A stretch of 64,000 nucleotides of DNA, taken from positions 18,149,758 through 18,213,757 of the forward strand of contig NC_068981.1 in assembly GCF_001194135.2 (NCBI RefSeq), in the 5' to 3' direction. The position numbers were made by a program, and so were the translations under genes. This DNA comes from Octopus bimaculoides. Taxonomy: Eukaryota. Of the stretch, positions 52,633 through 64,000 are shown one piece after another. How positions within the stretch are numbered: the stretch's first letter is position 1; every line of letters begins with the position of its first letter. Under the pieces are notes generated by a model. It did no database searches, had not been told where the DNA came from, and was given only the letters and a program-made list of their open reading frames with translations.

Positions 52633-53249
52633 CATACATACATATATACAACAGGGTTCTTTCAGTTTCCATCTACCAAATCTATATATATATATATATA
52701 GGGAGAGAATTCACAAAAAAACAAAAGACGAAGACAGGTGGTATAGACAACAAGCAGATGTATTAGTCTCGAAGTGAAAAAGTCTTTGTTTTGAGCCTAT
52801 GCACCTCCACAGAAAGAAACAAGGAGAGAAAATAAAGAATGTGTAGTGGCTAGCAATCTATCACGGCAAATGCTGGATGTATATATATATATAAAAGCGC
52901 CATTTGAGTGTGATCGTTTCCAGCTTCGCCTTACTGGCACTTGTGCCAGTGGCATGTGAACAAAACATTAAACTGATTCCTGTGCAGGTGGCACATAAAA
53001 AACACCATTTGAGCGTGGCCATTGCCAGTACCGTTGGACTGGCCCTCATGCCGGTGGCACGTAAAATGCACCCACTACACTCTCAGAGTGGTTGGCGTTA
53101 GGAAGGGTATCCAGCTGTAGAAACTCTGCCAGATCAGATTGGAGCCTGGTGTAACCATCTGGTTTGCCAGTCCCCAGTTAAATCGTCCAACCCATGCTAG
53201 TATGGAAAGCGGATGTCAGATGATGATGATGATGATATATATATATGTA

Positions 53250-53295
<46 letters not shown>

Positions 53296-53476
53296 ATTAA
53301 TTAATCATGTTAAAATCAAGGTATTTTAATATTAAGGACACTAAGTGAGAGTTGAGATCTGCATATCCATGTATATGCCATATACAAACACATCCATATA
53401 TACTCATACATACATGGACACACCCATACACTTACACATAAATGCACACACAAATATACACATACATAAAGATATA

Positions 53477-53660
53477 TTGGGTTGTCCGGAAAGTTCGTGC
53501 TGATTTTTAAAGGAAAGAAAAAGGTCAATAAATACTTGCCATGACATTTTTAATCAACCAAATATGAACGATTTTGTTGCACAATGCGTCTCCATCTTTC
53601 CTTTAACTTGAAAATACCCTCTTCCCAGAATTGAGGTGGTTTCATGGCAAATAAGTCGAA
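53477..53660 (-). mobile_element. Mariner 3' end fragment
   Basis: TA followed by TIR TTGGGTTGTCCGGAAAGTTCGTG at 53477. Minus strand FWEEGIFKLKERWRRIVQQNRSYLVD*. Confidence 0.8.
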
Positions 53661-53824
53661 AGGTAAGCTACTATAGATCAGCATGAACTTTCTGGATAAT
53701 ACAATACATGCACATGAAATTATATACTGGTGCAGTTTCATGATTGAATGTAAGTTCCAGATCCAACTTAGAGAAGGTTCCAGGTATGGTGTTTACATAA
53801 AAAAATAACACAAATGGGTTGAAG

Positions 53825-53911
53825 ATTCACTACACCTGTTTCAAACACATTTTTTTTATTGATGAATAATTTGATTACATCCTGAAAAAAAACTGTTTTC
53901 TTCAGGTGAAT
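53825..53911 (-). ncRNA. Type-I hammerhead motif, left twin
   Basis: Minus strand: ATTCAC-CTGAAGA-56-nt AU-rich hairpin (AAACA/TGTTT base, GATG/CATC, TAAT/ATTA)-GAAAC-AGGT-GTA|GTGAAT. Stem I is 6 bp perfect. Confidence 0.75.
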
Positions 53912-53930
53912 TAAAATTTTAGATTTTTAA

Positions 53931-54012
53931 TTCATCTGAAGAAAATGATATTTTTCGTGATGTAATCAAATTATTCATCAATAAAAAATGTGTTTGAAAC
54001 AGCTGTAGTGAA
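53931..54012 (+). ncRNA. Type-I hammerhead motif, right twin
   Basis: TTCAT-CTGAAGA-53-nt AU-rich hairpin-GAAAC-AGCT-GTA|GTGAA. Stem I 5 bp with one G.U, palindromic stem III. Confidence 0.75.
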
Positions 54013-54032
54013 CCTTTAACCCATTTGTGATC

Positions 54033-54063
<31 letters not shown>

Positions 54064-55185
54064 CATACATATATATATATATATAAATATGTATGTATAT
54101 ATATATATATAGGCTAAAGTAGTGATGAAAGGCAAACAATTAGACAAGACACAACAAGGACATTTTATTTGATNNNNNNNNNNNNNNNNNNNNNNNNNNN
54201 NNNNNNNNNNNNNNNNNNNNNNNNNNNNNNNNNNNNNNNNNNNNNNNNNNNNNNNNNNNNNNNNNNNNNNNNNNNNNNNNNNNNNNNNNNNNNNNNNNNN
54301 NNNNNNNNNNNNNNNNNNNNNNNNNNNNNNNNNNNNNNNNNNNNNNNNNNNNNNNNNNNNNNNNNNNNNNNNNNNNNNNNNNNNNNNNNNNNNNNNNNNN
54401 NNNNNNNNNNNNNNNNNNNNNNNNNNNNNNNNNNNNNNNNNNNNNNNNNNNNNNNNNNNNNNNNNNNNNNNNNNNNNNNNNNNNNNNNNNNNNNNNNNNN
54501 NNNNNNNNNNNNNNNNNNNNNNNNNNNNNNNNNNNNNNNNNNNNNNNNNNNNNNNNNNNNNNNNNNNNNNNNNNNNNNNNNNNNNNNNNNNNNNNNNNNN
54601 NNNNNNNNNNNNNNNNNNNNNNNNNNNNNNNNNNNNNNNNNNNNNNNNNNNNNNNNNNNNNNNNNNNNNNNNNNNNNNNNNNNNNNNNNNNNNNNNNNNN
54701 NNNNNNNNNNNNNNNNNNNNNNNNNNNNNNNNNNNNNNNNNNNNNNNNNNNNNNNNNNNNNNNNNNNNNNNNNNNNNNNNNNNNNNNNNNNNNNNNNNNN
54801 NNNNNNNNNNNNNNNNNNNNNNNNNNNNNNNNNNNNNNNNNNNNNNNNNNNNNNNNNNNNNNGTGTTCTCACTACATGAATAAATGGAGCTTGTACGAAA
54901 CGTACGTACTGCTATAACCTATTGAATTTTTGTTGCTTAACTTCAAATCTCTCTCTATATATATATATATGGGAGAATATACAAATAATAACAACAGACG
55001 AGGACAGGTGGTGTAAATACCAAAAGTATATATTAGTATGACGCTCGGGAATATATAATTAGATTGGAGCCTGGTGTTGCCATCTGGTTTCACCAGTCCT
55101 CAGTCAAATTGTCCAACCCATGCTAGCATGGAAAGCGGACGTTAAACGATGATGATGATGATGATGATATATATATTTATATTAA

Positions 55186-55564
55186 GAGCATTACTATACA
55201 TAAATGCCTCACACTAGGAGGGACTCTTAAAGCCAAAACTGCCATAATAAACACATTGTACCGGACGCAAGGGAATGCAACTCTTGAAGCAAACCTTTTA
55301 AAAACAGATTCAGCTGCAGATCATATGATTTCATAATTAGTGCATAAAAATGCACTTTGTTCATTTTTATATGTCTTGCACTGAAGATTAAAATGTGCAT
55401 TTTTGTGCACTAATTATGAAATCATATGATGTGCAGCTGAATTTGTTTTTAAAAGGCTCGCTTTGAGAGTTGCATTCCCTCGCGTTCGGTACAATGTGTT
55501 TATTATGGTAGTTTTGACTTTAAGATTCCCCCCTAGTGTGAGGCATTTATGTATAGTAATGCCC
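55186..55564. mobile_element. Fold-back MITE with 170-bp arms
   Basis: Arms 55186-55355 and 55395-55564 are reverse complements with scattered mismatches around a 39-nt loop. TTAA on both sides, termini GAGC/GGGC. Confidence 0.8.
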
Positions 55565-55852
55565 TTAATATAAATAAATATATTTATAAATTTCAATAAA
55601 TTTTTCCCTTATGAGGTTTTTCACACTAACTACTTGATAAATTCATATAAAGATTTTATCCTATTTTAAAATTATATATATATATATATATATATAAGTG
55701 CAGGCATGGCTGTGTGGTAAGAAGCTTGCTTCCCAGTTCCATGGTTCCAGGTTCAGTCTCACTACGTGACACCTTGGGCAAGTGTCTATATAGCCTCAAA
55801 CTGACCAAAGCCTTGTGAGTGGATTTGGTAGATGGAAAATGAAAGAAGCCTG

Positions 55853-55892
<40 letters not shown>

Positions 55893-56199
55893 ATGTATGT
55901 ATTTGTGTGTGTGTGTCTGTGTTTGTCCCCCCACCATCACTAGATAACCGATGTTGGTGTATTTGCGTACCCCATAACTTAGTAGTTTGGCAAAAAAGAC
56001 TGATAGAATAAGTACTGGGCTTAGAAAGAATAATTCCTGGGGTCGATTTGTTCAACTAAAGGTGGTAATCGAGCATGGCCACAGTCAAATCACTGAAACC
56101 AATAAAAGAATAAAAGAATATATATATATATATATATATATATCATTGTTGTTTATATCTATATATGTATGTTTGTTTCTATGTATGTATGCATACACA

Positions 56200-57140
56200 T
56201 GCAACACACTCACACATGTGCACACACAAACACACACACACACACACTCACACACACACACATGCACTCACACATGCACCCACATACACATGCACTCACA
56301 AACAGACAAGCACACACAAACACACAAGCACACACTCACAAACACATATACACAAGGACACTCACATGCACATACACACGCACACACATACATGCACCCA
56401 CACACATGCATTCACAAACACACACGCACACTCACACACACAAACACACACACACACACTTACATGCACACACACACACATGCACATGCACACATACACA
56501 CACACACAAACACACAAGCCCACTCTTACATGCACATACACACGCACACACAAACGCACACATACATGCAGAACGTTAGCACGAGCTGGCAGAAACGTTA
56601 GCACGCCGGGTGAAATGCTTAGCGGTATTTCGTCTGCCGCTACGTTCTGAGTTCAAATTCCGCCGAGGTCGACTTTGCCTTTCATCCTTTCGGGGTCGAT
56701 TAAATAAGTACCAGTTACGCACTGGGGTCGATATAATCGACTTAATCCGTTTGTCTGTCTTTGTTTGTCCCCTCTGTGTGTAGCCCCTTGTGGGTAGTAA
56801 AGAAATAACACATACATGCACCCACACACACATGCACTCACAAACACACATACATGCACACACACACACTCACATGCACACACACGCGCACACAAACACA
56901 CACTCACATGCACAAACACACATGCACACACATGCACATGCATACATGCACACACCTACAAACACACACAAACATACACATGTACCCACACACTCATGCA
57001 CACACATACACACTCACATGCACACACACATGCGCACACACATGCACATGCACATATGCACACATACACAAACACACACAAACATACACATGCACTCACA
57101 AACACACACACACACACACACATACACACACACACATGCA
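56200..57140. repeat. Cryptic (CA)n/CACATG minisatellite split by a SINE
   Basis: Degenerate CA/CATG repeat with a family B SINE at 56571-56807 flanked by ACACATACATGCA on both sides. Similar tracts at 13880-14450, 16730-17010 and 24810-25080. Confidence 0.85.
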
Positions 57141-58263
57141 TGCGAGCGGTGGAAGTAAACTAATGATTGAATAAACTCCGTAAATCCCGGCAAATGTCGT
57201 GAGGGATGAGAAGAGAAGCAAAGATGGAGGTGATGAGGTTTTAGAGTTTACCTTCATGATGCAAGATGATGATCAGAAGAGATAATAGGAACGGATGGTG
57301 ATGTAGGATGGGTGTTTAAGTTTTACAAGCATGTGAAAAGTGAGTGACAGATGATTAAAGATGGGGGTAGAGATGAGTGATGTGAATGTTGAACAAGGGT
57401 GGAGGCATGGGTGATGGCACATGGCCTAGTGGTTAGGGTATTGCACTCCCAGTCAAGAGATTGTGGTTTCAATTCCCAGACCAGCTGTGCATTGTGTTCT
57501 TGAGCAAGACACTTCATTTCACATTGCCCCTGTCCATTCAGCTGTAGATGGATGACCTTGCAATGGATCGGCTTACAAGGATGAGATGGTGACTCAAGAA
57601 ACCCACTTGGGTTACAGAAACCTCCTGAGCCATGTTATTTATTCAGTGACTGTGTACTGTGAATTTGAAATGGGTGGGATTGGTTGTTCAACCAGGTCGA
57701 AGGACGATTATGATGGTTGATGATGATTATGATGGTTGATGGTTGATGGTTGATGGTTGATGGTTGATGGTAAATATGAGTTTTGTGGTGGTGGGGAATG
57801 GTGAGAGAAATAGAAGTGCTTCTGGAAGAGATGGGGAGGTGATAAGTGGCAATACTGATTGAAAACAAAAGTACAAAGACACGTACATACAGCAACACAA
57901 ACGCACATACGTGAAAACACAGAAACATACAAACACATGCAGACACTTACAAGCACTCACCAACAAGAAAGCACATACACACATACATACACACACATAC
58001 ATGCATGCATACATACATCCATACATACATGAAAACATATACAAGCACACACAAATGCTCACAAACACTCACGAGCACTCGCTAACACACAAACAGACAC
58101 AAACACAGAAGATATTAGACTGAGGAGGACCAATTTCATATTGAAGTAATCTAAATTGCAGTTATTTGACATAATAACTTAGAACTGCCGCTAACTCTGT
58201 TGATGCTAAATCCCAAAACTGTTATCAAAAGTTAATATCTGTTTGTTCTGTTGTTTTTGTTAG

Positions 58264-58332
58264 GACACTGATAATATTGAGAATTATCTGAAAGCTACTC
58301 ATCTCCTGTTTAATCGTGCAGTAAAGATGCAG
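58264..58332 (+). CDS. Internal exon E of the same gene (post-C2 helical region)
   Basis: Acceptor gtttgttctgttgtttttgttag, donor CAG|gtaggt. 69 nt, phase 0 to 0, encodes DTDNIENYLKATHLLFNRAVKMQ. Phase fits exon D. Confidence 0.7.
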
Positions 58333-58450
58333 GTAGGTAGGTCAACAGACATTTGTTCATTTCCACTACTTTGATTTCAACTGATTTATACCACTCGCAC
58401 CCACCCTCATACCACTTTCTCTGTACACACACACACACATGCACACATAT

Positions 58451-58489
<39 letters not shown>

Positions 58490-58530
58490 CATATCTCTCT
58501 CTCCCTCTCTCTCTCTCTCTNNNNNNNNNN

Positions 58531-58566
<36 letters not shown>

Positions 58567-58580
58567 CATACATACATACA

Positions 58581-58612
<32 letters not shown>

Positions 58613-58791
58613 AATGCATGCATACATACGTATATATATATATATATAAATATTATTTGGATGTTTTTATGTATTTGTAGATTAGATTTAAGTCTGAAGA
58701 ATATATATATGCCATGTGTGCAGTCTCTCTTCAAATATTGTCGCCATCAAACAATCCAGATTTATTAACTTACAATGCAATAGTATTAACA

Positions 58792-58826
<35 letters not shown>

Positions 58827-59447
58827 CATGATGATGATGATGATGATGATAATAGTAATAATAATAATAATAATTACAATAACAATGATGATGATGACGA
58901 TGATGATGATGATAGTTAATAATGTTTTTGTATAAAGATTAATAATAATAAAAATGATGATGATGATGATGGTGATGTGGTGGTGGTGGTGGTGGAGGTG
59001 GTAGTAGTGGTAGTAGTGGTGGTGCTGGTGGGGATGAAGAAACATTTGTTTTAGACATGGCTGAGCATGTTTAGTTGTTATATAATCGCTTTGAGGGCCA
59101 TAACTTTGTAGGAGTGATTATTTATGGAACTTTCCATATGTATATAATATATATACATATACATATACATATACATATNNNNNNNNNNNNNNNNNNNNNN
59201 NNNNNNNNNNNNNNNNNNNNNNNNNNNNNNNNNNNNNNNNNNNNNNNNNNNNNNNNNNNNNNNNNNNNNNNNNNNNNNNNNNNNNNNNNNNNNNNNNNNN
59301 NNNNNNNNNNNNNNNNNNNNNNNNNNNNNNNNNNNNNNNNNNNNNNNNNNNNNNNNNNNNNNNNNNNNNNNNNNNNNNNNNNNNNNNNNNNNNNNNNNNN
59401 NNNNNNNNNNNNNNNNNNNNTATATATATATATATATATGTCTGTAT

Positions 59448-59495
<48 letters not shown>

Positions 59496-59555
59496 ATGTA
59501 TATATATATATGTGTGTGTGTGTATATATATATATATATGTCTGTATATATATAT

Positions 59556-59595
<40 letters not shown>

Positions 59596-62556
59596 ATATA
59601 TATGTGTGTGTATATATATATGTATATATATATCTGTATGTACATGTGGTGTGTTGTAGTGTGCTGTGGTAAGGTGTTTTGGCTGTGTGTGTGTGCATGT
59701 GCGTGTGTGTGTCTGTTTGCACCTCTTTTTGTGTGTCTACCTATCCCTATCCCTCTCTCTCATAATATCTATATTTTTATATATCTGTACATAGATTTAA
59801 ATGTATTTTATCATCATCGTCGTTGTCGTCTTCGTCATCATCTCCACCACCACCACTAAAACCACCACCACCACCACCATATTCATCATCATCATCGTCA
59901 TCATTATCATCTTTTAATATCTGCCTTTCATACTGGCATCAATTGGACAATTTGACAGGATCTGATGGGTTGAAGGTCTGCATCATGTGCCAGTGTCTGC
60001 TTTGGCATGGTTTTTAAAGCTGGATGCCCTTCCTAATGCTACCCACTTCACTGAGGATCCTGGGTACTTCTTTCATGGCACCAGCACTAGTGAAGTTGCC
60101 CTGTAGCTTGCAAGACTAAGATCCTCATTGATTGAGTGGGGGNNNNNNNNNNNNNNNNNNNNNNNNNNNNNNNNNNNNNNNNNNNNNNNNNNNNNNNNNN
60201 NNNNNNNNNNNNNNNNNNNNNNNNNNNNNNNNNNNNNNNNNNNNNNNNNNNNNNNNNNNNNNNNNNNNNNNNNNNNNNNNNNNNNNNNNNNNNNNNNNNN
60301 NNNNNNNNNNNNNNNNNNNNNNNNNNNNNNNNNNNNNNNNNNNNNNNNNNNNNNNNNNNNNNNNNNNNNNNNNNNNNNNNNNNNNNNNNNNNNNNNNNNN
60401 NNNNNNNNNNNNNNNNNNNNNNNNNNNNNNNNNNNNNNNNNNNNNNNNNNNNNNNNNNNNNNNNNNNNNNNNNNNNNNNNNNNNNNNNNNNNNNNNNNNN
60501 NNNNNNNNNNNNNNNNNNNNNNNNNNNNNNNNNNNNNNNNNNNNNNNNNNNNNNNNNNNNNNNNNNNNNNNNNNNNNNNNNNNNNNNNNNNNNNNNNNNN
60601 NNNNNNNNNNNNNNNNNNNNNNNNNNNNNNNNNNNNNNNNNNNNNNNNNNNNNNNNNNNNNNNNNNNNNNNNNNNNNNNNNNNNNNNNNNNNNNNNNNNN
60701 NNNNNNNNNNNNNNNNNNNNNNNNNNNNNNNNNNNNNNNNNNNNNNNNNNNNNNNNNNNNNNNNNNNNNNNNNNNNNNNNNNNNNNNNNNNNNNNNNNNN
60801 NNNNNNNNNNNNNNNNNNNNACTGGTACTTAATTTATCAACCCTGAAAAGATGAAAGGCAAAGTCAACCTCGGTGGAATTTGAGCTTAGAACATAAAGAC
60901 AGACAAAATACTGCTAAGCATTTCGCCCGGAGTGCTAACGTTTCTTATTTCTTTACTGCCCACAAGGGGCTACACACAGAGGGGACAAACACGGACAGAC
61001 AAAGGGATTAAGTCGATTATACCAACCCCAGTGTGTAACTGGTACTTATTTAATCGACCCTGAAAGGACAAAAGGCAAAGTTGACCTTGGCGGAATTTGA
61101 ACTCAGAATGTAAAGACAGACGAAATACCACTAAGCATTTTGCCCGGCGTGCTAACAATTCTGCCAGCTCACCGGGGATGTTGGTGGTGAATGTATTGGC
61201 CATGATAAAAAAAGAATGGCAAAAATATACAAAAAAAAATAGCAAACAAACTTAACTCTGCTTATAAATCTATGTTATGTATAAAAAGTTTTATTAGGTG
61301 CACTCAGTTGTCACTCACGAGTGATCATGACCCAATGGCGATGATGATAGAATGCAGTACAATTTTTTTCTGGTCATCTCTGAATCCTGTCACACAACTC
61401 CTGCTGTATACTTTTTGACCATTTATTTCCCAATATCATAATACAGTCACGTTAGCACACCGGGCGAAACCCTTAGTGGTGTATCATCTGTCTTTACATT
61501 CTGAGTTCAAATTCTGCTGAGATCGACTTTGCTTTTCATCCTTTTGGGGTTGATAAATTAAGTACCAGTTGTGTACTGGGTTGATATAATTGAATGGCCC
61601 GCACCCCCACCCCCAAAAAATTTCGGGCCTTGTGCCTAGAGTAGAAAAGAATATTTTTAAAAAGGCAGCAAGCTGGCAGAGTTGTTAGCACACCGGGTGA
61701 AATGCTTAGTGGTATTTTGTCTTGTCTTTACGTTCTGAGTTCAAATTCCACTGAGGTCAACTTTGCCTTTCATCCTTTCGGGGTCGATTAAATAAGTACC
61801 AATTATGCACTGGGGTCGATATAATTGACTTAATCTGTTTGTCTGTCCTAGTTTGTCCCCTCTGTGTTTTTCCCCTTGTGGGCAATAAAGAAATAAGAAA
61901 CATTAGTATGCCGGGCGAAATGCTTAGTGGTGTTTCATCTGTCTTTATGTTCTGAGTTCAAATTCTGCTGAGGTCAACTTTGCCTTTCATCCTTTTGGGG
62001 TCAATAAATCAAGTACCATTTATGTATTGGGAGGTCGATCTAATCAACTGGTCCCCTCCCCACCAAATTTTGTGCCTTGTGCTTAAAGTAGAAAAGAATA
62101 TAATATAGTCAATTCCCAAATTTTAATTTCTGTCTAATCATCCAATATAACATAACTCACACAACACACTCTCCTTCCAGTAAAATAACACACCAAGGTA
62201 GCTCCTATGTGGTCATCTGCCCTGCTAGAAATATCAACCAAATTATCCCGAAACACACCTTTGTCATATGTAGTTGGAATCATACTTATATACTCACACA
62301 ATTCTTCAGACACAGCTGCACAGCTACTCCAAACTGACATCAGTCACCTCAAAACTTTGACTCCAAAGTAATAGAATTAAATTAGCTGCTACCAAATTCA
62401 GTGTCTCCCTCCATAAACCAAAACTTTGGCATCCTTCCTAATTTCTTATGCTTGCTTATATTTCAAGGACGATGGCTATTCTCTTCACTTAAGTATAATA
62501 AGTACCTTCTGACTTAGTCTGTTTCTCATCAGCCACCACAGATAATTTGTAATTAG

Positions 62557-62700
62557 GACCTTGGCTCAAGTCCATTTGCAAGAACTACCAAATAATAATA
62601 ATGGAACTGTGGTTTGAGGGAACACTGGAACAACTTCTTGGTAACTTTGTCTTCAGTTCCACAGGCATGCACTACTACGGTATATCAAGTTATTAAAGAG
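62557..62700 (+). CDS. Unresolved candidate downstream exon(s)
   Basis: Two mutually exclusive candidates. 62557-62640 (phase 1 to 1, PWLKSICKNYQIIIMELWFEGTLEQLL, donor gtaact, weak acceptor) and 62665-62700 (phase 0 to 0, ACTTTVYQVIKE, acceptor ctttgtcttcagttccacag, donor gtaccc). Neither is confirmed. Confidence 0.25.
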
Positions 62701-62821
62701 GTACCCAGACAATTGTGGTAGAGTCTAAATATGATATCATCTGTCTACGAGGCTGTGTGTGTATTGAAGGTGTGTGGGAAGGTCGTGTAGGCACAGGTTT
62801 AAAAGAATGGGCAAGAGGGTG

Positions 62822-62864
<43 letters not shown>

Positions 62865-63289
62865 GTCATCATCATTTAACATCTGTTGCTAGCATGGGTT
62901 GGACAGTTTGACTGAAAACTGGTAAATTGAGGAGCTGCACCAGGTTCCAATCTGATTTAACATGGTTTCTACAGCTGGATGCCCTTCCTAATGCCAACCA
63001 CTCCAAGACTATAGAGGGTGCTTTTTATGTGCCACTGGTGCCAGGTATGAAACACTGGCATCAGCCCATGACTACTATCTCACTTAGTTTGACAGGTCTT
63101 CTCAAGTACAGTAAATTGCCACAGGTCTCAGTCCCTTGTCACTGCCTCCATGAGGCCCAAAGTTCGAAAAGTGCTTTTTATGTGCCAGCGGCATGGGTAC
63201 CAGGTATGTGACACTGGCATCAGCCATGACTACAGTTTCATTTGGCTTGATGGGTCTTCTAAAGATCACCCAATGTTCAAAGATTGCGT

Positions 63290-63499
63290 TTTACCTTTAG
63301 TATTCAGATTTCTCTTTCAAATGTAATGTGTTTGTATTAATCACATATTATCTCACTGCTTTGAGATTTTGATGATGTAACTGTCTATTTTAAAATGACA
63401 TTATAGGGTAGGTGTGAGGTGCCAGATCTGGCTGGTTTGAACATAAAACAGGTACAATATTTGGATCAGATATGGCCAGTTTAAATGTCAAAAGGTTAA
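63290..63499. mobile_element. Decayed TTAA-type (piggyBac-like) MITE
   Basis: Left TTTA-CCTTTAGTATT, right AATGTCAAAAGG-TTAA. Confidence 0.45.
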
Positions 63500-64000
63500 G
63501 CTATGTAAGAGGTCAGATAGTGGTATTAAAGTGGGCAATAGATTAAGTCTATCACCCAAGTAGGCCATGGTGGCATTTGAACTCAGAATGCAAAGAGCCA
63601 GGGCAAATATTGTAAAGAATCAAGTCTGACATTCTTACAGTTCCACCAATGCACTTCCTTGGATTGATACCGTTTTATCAACCTCCAAAAAGAAAAAGCA
63701 AAAAAAGCTGAGCTTGAACTCAGAGTGCAGGAAGTCAGGATAAGTACCATGAAGAATTCTATCTGATGTTCTAATAGCTCTGTAAATTTGTCAGGAGTAA
63801 AATGGGTTGTAAATTCTGGATGAATTGTTGTGGATCTATGGTCTAAGGATGAATACCGGAGCAGCTTTTCATCAACTTCTCCCGTGTCGCAGACCTATTT
63901 CAGTACAACGCTTTTAATGATTGAATCAATTACATAATGAAATAATCGCTAATTAAATAAGGCTCCTACTGCACCATTGTCTCTAAATATGTACAGTGTC

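Noticed and set aside
56165-57174. His/Thr-rich and Cys/Val-rich ORFs (also at 13819, 16720, 24548 and elsewhere)
   Set aside because: (CA)n-derived repeats. ORFs spanning N-gaps were rejected likewise.
60821-62100. Regularly recurring repeats resembling a CRISPR array
   Set aside because: Units are ~200-bp SINEs without unique spacers, in a eukaryotic context with no cas genes.

Overview
AT-rich eukaryotic genomic DNA with many N-gaps and dense microsatellites. The repeat families look like octopus/coleoid cephalopod (recognised from memory, not by search). The window is mostly intron of one plus-strand gene. Five phase-compatible exons (14654-14846, 35089-35205, 38689-38764, 49676-49795, 58264-58332) splice into a stop-free 191-codon frame encoding a divergent C2 domain of Munc13-4/BAIAP3 type, and the first of these introns is most likely a ~20-kb GC-AG intron. 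The introns hold decayed Gypsy, CR1, RTE, mariner, hAT and Helitron elements, piggyBac/Tc1-type MITEs and several tRNA-derived SINE families. The most unusual signal is a set of type-I hammerhead ribozyme motifs (stem I-CUGANGA-stem II-GAAAC-short stem III-GUH-stem I). Several sit as divergent head-to-head twins inside short ORF-less fold-back units (16179-16278, 53809-54029, 37278-37941, decayed 12579-12670), and there are solo copies at 12143-12201 and 30084-30139. Nearly all ORFs in the supplied track are microsatellite or gap artefacts. No CRISPR array, rRNA or intact tRNA gene was seen.
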